A stretch of DNA of 24,000 bases from Pseudomonas sp. TCU-HL1 (GCF_001708505.1 NZ_CP015992.1:2553898-2577897), one strand, 5' to 3'. Positions 8,475 to 15,370 are shown, counted from the first letter of the stretch. Numbers and translations are program-made. The notes: a model not told the origin generated them from the sequence alone.

Positions 8475-8927
8475 ATGAAAAGCTTCAAACAACTGGCTCT
8501 GGCCGCTGCTGTACTCGCCGCTCCGTTCATGGCCCAGGCCGACCTCAAGGCCATGGACGATTCCGCTCTGTCCGGTGTGACCGGCCAGGACGGCATCAGC
8601 ATCTCGGGTAGCTTCAACGGCTCCATCGGCAGCATCGTCTACACCGACACTGAAACCAGTGGCACCACCACCACCGCCGGCACCCTGCGTCTGGAAACCG
8701 TGTCCTTCACCGGCTTTGACATCCTCGACAGCGATCCGCTGAAGATCGACGTGATCGACGGTGGCGCTGGCGGCAACGACAAACTGCAGATCAGCCTGCC
8801 GGCGATCACCGGCCAGCTCTCGGTGGGCGCCATCCGCGTGGGCGACGCCAGTGCCGCCAGCATCGGCTCCCTGGCCGTCAACGGCATGAACATGTCCGGC
8901 TCCACCCTCAAGGTCTGGGGCCACTGA
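8475..8927 (+). CDS. Small secreted beta-rich protein of unknown function (candidate structural subunit/substrate of the downstream envelope machinery)
   Basis: I place the start at ATG 8475, with GGAG at 8462-8465, rather than the track's TTG at 8460. Signal peptide MKSFKQLALAAAVLAAPFMAQA with an AxA cleavage site. The 128-aa remainder has no Cys, is rich in G/S/T/I/D and shows repeated alternating polar/apolar stretches. The N-terminal motif L..MDDSALSGVTGQDGI resembles, from tentative memory, an uncharacterised DUF family sometimes mislabelled 'heme utilization protein'. Confidence 0.8.
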   Translation: MKSFKQLALAAAVLAAPFMAQADLKAMDDSALSGVTGQDGISISGSFNGSIGSIVYTDTETSGTTTTAGTLRLETVSFTGFDILDSDPLKIDVIDGGAGGNDKLQISLPAITGQLSVGAIRVGDASAASIGSLAVNGMNMSGSTLKVWGH

Positions 8928-8950
8928 CAGCCGCGTTTATCCTGTAACCC

Positions 8951-8985
8951 GGAAAGCCCCGTCGCCCCTTCGGCGGGGCCTTTCC
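8951..8985 (+). other. GC-rich RNA hairpin between the small-protein gene and the C39 gene (no U-tract)
   Basis: GGAAAGCCCCGTCG-cccctt-CGGCGGGG(C)CTTTCC: about 14 paired positions with one bulged C and one G-U pair, beginning 24 nt after the stop at 8927 and followed by ccgcaacg rather than a T-run. Confidence 0.6.
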
Positions 8986-9014
8986 CCGCAACGAGTCGAG
9001 TAGTCGGAACGGCA

Positions 9015-9776
9015 ATGATCGAAATCCTGGTTGGCAGTTTGCTGGGTCTGTTCGGCTTCACCCAGGCGGTGGATACCAAGCCGCAGCCGCAAGGCTCGGT
9101 GAATATCAGCCAGCCGCTCTCGCCCAATGGCCCCTATCGCGAAACCGCGATGGTCGAGCCGATGAGCCAGTTGCAGTTCCGCAACGTCATCCGCCAGGCA
9201 TACGACTACAGCTGCGGCTCTGCCGCGCTGACCAGCCTGCTGGACTACTACCTGGGCCGGAACCTGGAAGAACGCCAGGTGATGGAAGGCCTGCTGCGCT
9301 ACGGCGAAGCCGACAAGATCGTCGAGCGTCGTGGCTTCTCGCTGCTGGACATGAAGCGCTTCGTCAGTGCGCTGGGTTACAAGAGCGGCGGCTTCCGTGC
9401 CGAGTTCGCCGACCTCGACGCCCTGGAACACCCGGCCATCGTTCCGATCCACTATGGCGGCTTCAAGCATTTCGTGGTGGTGCGCGACGTCTACAACGAC
9501 CACGTATTCGTCGCGGACCCCGCACTTGGCAACATCAGTTTCACCCGTACCCGTTTCGAGGAAATCTGGGACCAGAACGTCCTCTTCGTGATCTTCCCCT
9601 CGGGCAATGAACCGCAGAACGCCATGGCCCTCACCGAGCGCGACCTGCGCCTGGTGGACGACCGCATCGTCAGCCTGCTGGCGTTCCAGGAGTTTCCGCA
9701 GATCACCAAATTCACCCAGAACGAAATTGACGAACTGGGTTCGGGGGGCGATATCCGCTACATCCGTCGCAAGTGA
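9015..9776 (+). CDS. Exported stand-alone peptidase C39-family (bacteriocin-processing-type) cysteine protease
   Basis: 253 aa. Hydrophobic N-terminus MIEILVGSLLGLFGFTQA (signal peptide or anchor). C39 signature RQAYDYSCGSAALTSLLDYY (Gln61, Cys67), GFKHFVVVRD (His152) and FVADPALGNISFTRTRFEEIW (Asp168). No in-frame upstream start is possible before the stop at 8925-8927. Confidence 0.8.
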   Translation: MIEILVGSLLGLFGFTQAVDTKPQPQGSVNISQPLSPNGPYRETAMVEPMSQLQFRNVIRQAYDYSCGSAALTSLLDYYLGRNLEERQVMEGLLRYGEADKIVERRGFSLLDMKRFVSALGYKSGGFRAEFADLDALEHPAIVPIHYGGFKHFVVVRDVYNDHVFVADPALGNISFTRTRFEEIWDQNVLFVIFPSGNEPQNAMALTERDLRLVDDRIVSLLAFQEFPQITKFTQNEIDELGSGGDIRYIRRK

Positions 9777-9813
9777 CACCCGCTCATAACAAGAAAGACC
9801 TGGGGATAGCACC

Positions 9814-10818
9814 ATGGGACCAAGGGAATACGCATGGCTGGCCATGCTGGTGCTCTGTACCAGTCTGCCGCTGCATGCCGAGGAAGCCTCGGTGGACGAC
9901 GCGCGTGATGCGCTGAGCAAGAAGGACGATGACGCCGATAGCGCCAAGGCGCTGGAGGAGGTCTTCCAGGCGTCCGAGAAGAGCTACACGCTCCTGAAGA
10001 AGGGCGAGCGCACACTCACCTACGGGGTCGACTATTCGCTGGTGCGCGATACCCAGATCGAAACCTTCCGCACGGGCTCCAACATCTACAGCGTGCTCAG
10101 CCAGAGCGAAGCCCAGCACACCTTCACCAACTCCTTCACGTTCGACTATGGCGTGTGGGACAACCTGACCTTCAGCGTGCGCCTGCCCTTCGTCGCCAAG
10201 TACGACACCGAGCGCGACCTGAACGTCTACAGCCTGGGCGACATCTCCGCGAGCCTGCGCTGGCAGCCCTGGTCGTCCACCCGTGGCCGCCCGGTCACCA
10301 CGCTCTTCGCCACCCTCGGCTTGCCCACCGGCGAAAGCCCCTACGACATCAATTCCGAGAACGACCTGTCGACCGGCAACGGCTACTACAGCCTGGGCGT
10401 AGGCGCCAACATGTCCTACGTCATCGACCCGGTCGTGCTCTTCGGCTCGGTCGGATACACCTACAACCTGCCGGTGCGCGACATTCACCAGATGCGCGGC
10501 GGGCGCATCCTGGAAGACGTGGAGCCGGGCGACACGCTGAACTTCAGCATGGGCTTTGCCTATGCGCTTTCCTACGACGTGTCCCTGGCCACCTCCTACC
10601 AGATGGCCTACACGATGAAGCCGACCTACAAGTTCCAGAACGCCAACCTGGAAGGCACCGAGCAGACCAGTTCGATCATGAACTTCTCACTCGGCCTGCG
10701 AACGTCGCCGGACTACATCGTCAACATCAACGCCGGCTTCGGTATGACCGAGGATTCTCCGGACGTGCTCCTGGGGCTTTCCGTTCCCCTCGACATCAAA
10801 GGCCTCAAGGCCCAGTAA
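9814..10818 (+). CDS. Outer-membrane beta-barrel of the 'MetA-pathway of phenol degradation'-like transporter family
   Basis: 334 aa. Signal peptide ...LVLCTSLPLHA/EE, then a ~45-aa acidic, probably helical segment. The rest shows alternating beta-strand patterns with the family-typical LGDISASLRW...LFATLGLPTGESPYD...LSTGNGYYSLGVG motifs. Confidence 0.7.
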   Translation: MGPREYAWLAMLVLCTSLPLHAEEASVDDARDALSKKDDDADSAKALEEVFQASEKSYTLLKKGERTLTYGVDYSLVRDTQIETFRTGSNIYSVLSQSEAQHTFTNSFTFDYGVWDNLTFSVRLPFVAKYDTERDLNVYSLGDISASLRWQPWSSTRGRPVTTLFATLGLPTGESPYDINSENDLSTGNGYYSLGVGANMSYVIDPVVLFGSVGYTYNLPVRDIHQMRGGRILEDVEPGDTLNFSMGFAYALSYDVSLATSYQMAYTMKPTYKFQNANLEGTEQTSSIMNFSLGLRTSPDYIVNINAGFGMTEDSPDVLLGLSVPLDIKGLKAQ

Positions 10819-10836
10819 CCGGCGAGCGAGCACTTC

Positions 10837-12429
10837 ATGAGCATGCATCTTTCGCCGCTTGCGTGGGCGATTGCCGGGGTCGGCCTGTGCTGGGTGGGCC
10901 TGGCGCAGGCGCAACTGGCCAACGACCTGACCATCGGCAACCCCAAGGCCATGGCCATGGGCAACGCCATCACCGCCGACTCTTCCGGGATCGATGCGGT
11001 GCACTACAACCCGGCCGCCCTGACCAAGCTCAAGGGTCGCCAGACCACGGTGAAGCTCCTGACCGGGGTGATGGATATCCGCGCCGGGTTCGAAGCACCC
11101 GAAGACTACGGCTTCCTCGGCTACGACGACGACCCGGTGGCCAACCGCAGCAGCCGCACCCTGACCCCCGCCATGTACCTGCCCGGCATGGGCGGCATGA
11201 CCGAGGTGCCGGTGCTGTTTGCGCCACTGGCGGGACTGTCGATCAACCCGCCCGGCTCCAAGTTCACCTTCGCCACCAACGTCTACGCGCCCATGGCCCT
11301 GGGCTACTCGCGGGACTCCGACAGCGATCCGGCCCGCTACCAGGGGCGCGAAGTGGCCTTGCAGCGCATCACCTACTTCTCACCCTCGGTGGGTTACCAG
11401 GTGAACGACGAACTGGCGCTCGGCCTGTCCATCGGCTTTTCCCACCAGGCCATGGCGCTCAACCAGGACTTCCGCAACCCCGGCTTCCTCACCGGACTGA
11501 CCCGGCTGTTCAACGAGTTCCTCTGCCTGCCGGGAATGGGGGAAGTGGTGTCGGGCCTGATCAACGTCTGTGGCGGCAAGATCGGCCCCTTCGACACCCT
11601 GGCCAACATGGACCTGGACCTGCAGCAGTCGCTTTCGCCGACCTGGAACATCGGTTTTCTCTGGGAGCCCACCGACTGGTTCGCCTGGGGCGCGACCTAC
11701 CAGAGCGAGGCGCGCATGCACCTTCAAGGCAAGTACCGGGTGGACTACAGCAAGGACTGGCAGGGCTTCTGGTCCGGCCTGCAGTCCTCGCTCTTCGGCC
11801 AGGTGCTGAGCCCGCTGTTCCCGCTTGGCAATGTCGACGAGGAAGTCGGCAACGCATCGCTCGACATGACCTACCCGGACAACTTCTCCACCGGCATCAA
11901 GCTCGTGCCCTTTGATCGCTGGCAGGTCAACTTCGACCTGAAGTGGAGCGGCTACAGCGACTGGAACGAGTTCGAGATCGAGTTCGACCGCGAGCTGGAC
12001 CTGCTGCGCATCGCCAAGAACTTCGGCGGCGGCAACGCCACCAGCCACAGCATCATCCTTGACCGCGGCTACCGTGACACCTGGAGCTGGGCGCTCGGCG
12101 TGCAGTACCAGTGGACCGACCGGCTGGCGCTGCGCGCCGGCTACGAATGGCGCCCCTCGGCGATTCCCGACGACAAGGCCGACGTGCTCGCGCCCATCGG
12201 TGATGCCCACCTGTACGGCCTGGGCCTGGGCTACCGCTGGGACAAGGACACCAACATCGACATCGGCTTCAACTACTTCACCACCCAGCAGAAAACCCGG
12301 GCTGACAGCAGTTGCAACCTCAACTGCACCGGTATCGACAACCTGGTCTACAACCCCTACGCGGGCCAGAGCGTCGAGACCTCGGTGAAAGCCTACATCC
12401 TGGCCCTGACCTACCAGACGACCTTCTGA
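10837..12429 (+). CDS. FadL/TodX/OMPP1-family outer-membrane hydrophobic-compound channel (oversized, 530 aa)
   Basis: Signal peptide ...WVGLAQA/QL. N-terminal hatch-like motif GNAITADSSGIDAVHYNPAAL. Beta-strand periodicity throughout and a C-terminal barrel signature LALTYQTTF. Two Cys pairs (CLPG...VCGG, SSCNLNC). From memory this corresponds positionally to PAO1 PA1764, counted among the FadL paralogues. Confidence 0.8.
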   Translation: MSMHLSPLAWAIAGVGLCWVGLAQAQLANDLTIGNPKAMAMGNAITADSSGIDAVHYNPAALTKLKGRQTTVKLLTGVMDIRAGFEAPEDYGFLGYDDDPVANRSSRTLTPAMYLPGMGGMTEVPVLFAPLAGLSINPPGSKFTFATNVYAPMALGYSRDSDSDPARYQGREVALQRITYFSPSVGYQVNDELALGLSIGFSHQAMALNQDFRNPGFLTGLTRLFNEFLCLPGMGEVVSGLINVCGGKIGPFDTLANMDLDLQQSLSPTWNIGFLWEPTDWFAWGATYQSEARMHLQGKYRVDYSKDWQGFWSGLQSSLFGQVLSPLFPLGNVDEEVGNASLDMTYPDNFSTGIKLVPFDRWQVNFDLKWSGYSDWNEFEIEFDRELDLLRIAKNFGGGNATSHSIILDRGYRDTWSWALGVQYQWTDRLALRAGYEWRPSAIPDDKADVLAPIGDAHLYGLGLGYRWDKDTNIDIGFNYFTTQQKTRADSSCNLNCTGIDNLVYNPYAGQSVETSVKAYILALTYQTTF

Positions 12430-13586
12430 TGAAAGCGCCCATCCTGTTTATCGCCCTGACTCTTGCCTGCACCACCCAGGCCAGCAGTGGCCGCTACCTG
12501 ACCTGGATCGACGAGCAGGGCAGGGTGCACAACACCTTCGTCGATACCCGCTACAGCGAGCAGCAGCGCCAGGCCGCCAAACGCATCGCCCAGAGCGACC
12601 AGGCGCGCCTCAAGGATGGCGATGGCACGCTCTGGCCCGGCGGCGCCACGGCTGGCGAGAGCAAGCGGCGCTACTTCACCTGGGTGGATGCCAGCGGCAA
12701 CTTGCAGAACAGCTTCTATGCGGCAGGGCAGGTGGAGTCCGGACAGCGCAACTTCACCTTGCCGAACGGCCAGCGATCGGAGGAATACATCGACTCCGAC
12801 GTACTCGAAGGGCGCGGCTACTCCCGGCCGGAGCAGGGCGTGGCCTATTTCACCTGGGTCGACGAGCAGGGCCGCACCCACAACTCGCCTGCACCGGCGC
12901 GTGGCCGGGACGAAGGACGCGACGCGGAGCGGCCCGGCCCCATTGCCTACACCGAAGCGCGCGAGATGGAGTTCCAGCGCAAGGCCGCAGGCCTGCCAGC
13001 TCTGGACGGCCAGCCCACTGCCGCGATGAAGGCCCTGCTGGCGGGCAGCGAAGCGCAGGGTGAGGCGCTCTACCAGAGCCTGGTGGACCGCTGTTGCGGC
13101 CAGCTCCCGGACGAAGCCTTCACCGAGGTGTCGACTGCGGAGCCGCGCTATGAGGAGCTGAACAACCTCTCGCCCAGCTTCGACTTTCCCATGGGCCGCA
13201 GCTACTACAGCGCCCTCAAGCTGCCGCGTTCCCAGCACAGCTATGGCCTGCGCATCCGCAGTTTCGCCAACCGCCAGGTGGTCTACCCCTCGCTACTCTT
13301 CCTCGACGAAGCCAAGCGCCCGACCCGCCTGGTGAGCGACGCCGTCTACCAGCTCCACGGCGAAACCTGGTACCGCTACGCCTTCATCGAAGGCACGGTG
13401 CAGGTTCGCGCCAACCAGGGCGAACGCTATGTCCTGCTGTTGACCACGGATGAAGACCGCAGCCTGCAGACGCTGGACAACAAACCCTTCAAACGACCGA
13501 TGCAGAACCTGGCCCTGAGCGAGTCAGGCATGCAGGTACACGAGCACGGCGACCAGGGCTCGTTCGAACTGGCGATCGTGAAATAA
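12429..13586 (+). CDS. Exported MalM-like protein with three N-terminal DUF4124-like repeats
   Basis: Start chosen at ATG 12429, a TGATG overlap with the upstream stop; the track's start at 12312 lies inside the FadL-like gene. Signal/lipoprotein-like N-terminus MKAPILFIALTLACTTQASS. Three copies of Y(L/F)TW(I/V)D..G..(H/Q)N(T/S). The C-terminal region YGLRIRSFANRQVVYPSLLFLDEAKRP...GERYVLLLTTDEDRSLQT aligns by eye with E. coli MalM (LTLTSEVNKQTSVFAPNVLILDQNM...QKLYVLVFTTEKDLQQT). Confidence 0.7.
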   Translation: MKAPILFIALTLACTTQASSGRYLTWIDEQGRVHNTFVDTRYSEQQRQAAKRIAQSDQARLKDGDGTLWPGGATAGESKRRYFTWVDASGNLQNSFYAAGQVESGQRNFTLPNGQRSEEYIDSDVLEGRGYSRPEQGVAYFTWVDEQGRTHNSPAPARGRDEGRDAERPGPIAYTEAREMEFQRKAAGLPALDGQPTAAMKALLAGSEAQGEALYQSLVDRCCGQLPDEAFTEVSTAEPRYEELNNLSPSFDFPMGRSYYSALKLPRSQHSYGLRIRSFANRQVVYPSLLFLDEAKRPTRLVSDAVYQLHGETWYRYAFIEGTVQVRANQGERYVLLLTTDEDRSLQTLDNKPFKRPMQNLALSESGMQVHEHGDQGSFELAIVK

Positions 13587-13611
13587 CGACGCGAGCCAGC
13601 CGGCGAACCGT

Positions 13612-13704
13612 CCTGTGGGAGCGATTTCAATCGCGACGGACTGCAGCGCAGTCCGCATCCCGGAGCGCCTGCCGGGTTTCGCGAATGAATTCGCTCCCAC
13701 AAGG
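13612..13704. repeat. Inverted REP pair (type A variant, inverted and forward) flanking a short palindrome
   Basis: cctgtgggagcgatttcaatcgcgacgg ... ggactgcAGCgcagtcc ... gccgggtttcgcgaatgaattcgctcccacaagg. The two arms are reverse complements of each other apart from a few bases. Confidence 0.8.
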
Positions 13705-13774
13705 ACAGGCGCACGGTGCAGGCCCAGCCGCGCTATGCTGGCACCTCCCTGCGACCCGAAACGGATTTCCTGCC

Positions 13775-14524
13775 ATGTCCGACACCCGTGCGCTCTTCAC
13801 CCGCAATTCCGACGCTTATCGCGCCAACCGGCCCACCTACGACCCCGTCCTGATCGCCTGGCTCAGCCAGCAGGCACCGGACCTGGCGCTAGCCTGGGAC
13901 TGTGGCTGCGGCAGCGGCCAGGCGACCGTCGATCTGGCCCGGCATTTCCAGCGCGTGGTGGGCACCGATGTGAGTGCGCAGCAACTGGCCAAGGCCGAGC
14001 CGGCCGCCAACATCGACTACCGCTGTGAACCGGCGGAGCAGACGTCGCTGGCTAATGCCAGCGTGTCCCTGACCGTGGTGGCGCAGGCGCTGCACTGGTT
14101 CGACCTGGAATGTTTCTATGCAGAGGTGCGACGGGTGAGCCGGCCGGGCGGGCTGCTGGCGGTGATCTCCTACAACCTCACGTCGATCACGCCCGAGGTG
14201 GATGCGCTGGTCAGCCACCTCTATCACGACATTCTCGGCAGCTACTGGGCCGAAGGGCGCAAGCACGTGGAACAGGGTTATAGGACCCTGCCATTCCCCT
14301 TCGAGCGCATCGAGGTGTCGCCCTTTACCCTCGACGCACAGTGGGACCTTGCGCGCCTGCTGGGCTACCTGGAAAGCTGGTCGGCTCTGGCGACCTATCA
14401 GGCCACCCACGGCAGCAACCCCCTCGACCCGCTCCGCGAACGCTTCCAGCAAGCCTGGGGCGACCCGGCCAGCATCCGCCGGGTGAGCTGGCCGTTGGTG
14501 GTGAATCTGGGCAGAGTGAGCTGA
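13775..14524 (+). CDS. Class I SAM-dependent methyltransferase
   Basis: Start placed at ATG 13775, because the track's start at 13685 lies inside a REP element. SAM-binding motif ALAWDCGCGSGQATVDLARHF plus VVGTDVS and a PGGLLAVISY post-II motif (Methyltransf_11-like). Confidence 0.8.
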   Translation: MSDTRALFTRNSDAYRANRPTYDPVLIAWLSQQAPDLALAWDCGCGSGQATVDLARHFQRVVGTDVSAQQLAKAEPAANIDYRCEPAEQTSLANASVSLTVVAQALHWFDLECFYAEVRRVSRPGGLLAVISYNLTSITPEVDALVSHLYHDILGSYWAEGRKHVEQGYRTLPFPFERIEVSPFTLDAQWDLARLLGYLESWSALATYQATHGSNPLDPLRERFQQAWGDPASIRRVSWPLVVNLGRVS

Positions 14525-14544
14525 CGAGCCTGGGGGCTCATCTG

Positions 14545-14645
14545 TTGTGGGAGCGAATTCATTCGCGAAGAGGGGGCGCAGCCGACCGGGCTAATCTCCG
14601 GCAGGATTGTGTCCTGCATCGCGATTGAAATCGCTCCTACAAATG
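14545..14645. repeat. Inverted REP pair (type A)
   Basis: ttgtgggagcgaattcattcgcgaag ... catcgcgattgaaatcgctcctacaaatg: same family as 13612-13704, lying between two convergent genes. Confidence 0.8.
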
Positions 14646-14664
14646 AACCCCAGCAGCCCTGGCC

Positions 14665-15333
14665 TCAAGCCGGCAAGCTCGCATCCTTCCCATTGTGCGA
14701 GGTGAAATCCACCGACCGGTCCACCATGTTGATCGCCGCCACCAGTTGCTCGGGTTGGGAACGGGCCGAGGCCATGGTCCACTGATCGAAGCGGTCGTTA
14801 CCGATGCGCACCATGCGGATGTGCGTGGTGCGGTCGGCATCGACCACCGGGTCCGGGTCATAGAAGCCCAGCTTGCGCCGCAGCTTCTCCAGGTCCGCCG
14901 GGTCGCCGGTCAGGAACAGCCAGCCCGGCCCCACATGGTGGGACTCGGCGTATTCCCGAAGAACCTCCGGTGTATCCAGCTCTGGCTGCAGGGTAATGGA
15001 GTACATGAAGACATCCCGTCCGGCGCGGTCGCCCAGGAGCTTCTGGGTGCCGCGCAGGTTGGAAGTCATGGTGGGGCAGAGGCCGCCGCACAGCGTGTAC
15101 ATCATGTTGAAGGCCACCACCTTGTCGCGCATGAGGTCGTCGTAGAGCTTCACGCGTTTGCCCAGGTGGGTGTAGAGCGCGACGTTGGGGAAGTAGCGGG
15201 CGCCGAAGCTGTCGCCTTCGGCGTACTCCGGCTCAGGGGCGCCCCAGGGGCGAGCGACTAGGCCACTACCCAGCGCGGCCAGGCCTGCGGCAGCCACACC
15301 GGCGCCGAACAGCAGGTTTCTGCGAGTGTTCAT
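14665..15333 (-). CDS. SCO1/SenC-family thioredoxin-like copper chaperone with Tat-type signal
   Basis: 222 aa. N-terminus MNTRRNLLFGAGVAAAGLAALG (twin-Arg). CxxxC metal motif as LCGGLCP plus a downstream His (TTHIRMV). Lies 37 nt downstream of the multicopper oxidase on the same strand. Confidence 0.75.
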   Translation of the reverse strand: MNTRRNLLFGAGVAAAGLAALGSGLVARPWGAPEPEYAEGDSFGARYFPNVALYTHLGKRVKLYDDLMRDKVVAFNMMYTLCGGLCPTMTSNLRGTQKLLGDRAGRDVFMYSITLQPELDTPEVLREYAESHHVGPGWLFLTGDPADLEKLRRKLGFYDPDPVVDADRTTHIRMVRIGNDRFDQWTMASARSQPEQLVAAINMVDRSVDFTSHNGKDASLPA

Positions 15334-15370
15334 CTGGCATCTCCAGTCACGATCGAAGGTTGGCTGTGGC

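Noticed and set aside
8145-9947. Minus-strand ORFs 8145..8924, 8639..9127 and 8937..9947
   Set aside because: Antisense to the small-protein and C39 genes. They have no signal or domain features and cross intergenic hairpin sequence.
10155-11915. 586-aa plus-strand ORF spanning two genes
   Set aside because: Off-frame run across the MetA-like and FadL-like genes. The translation is Pro/Arg/Gly-rich and crosses a real intergenic gap.
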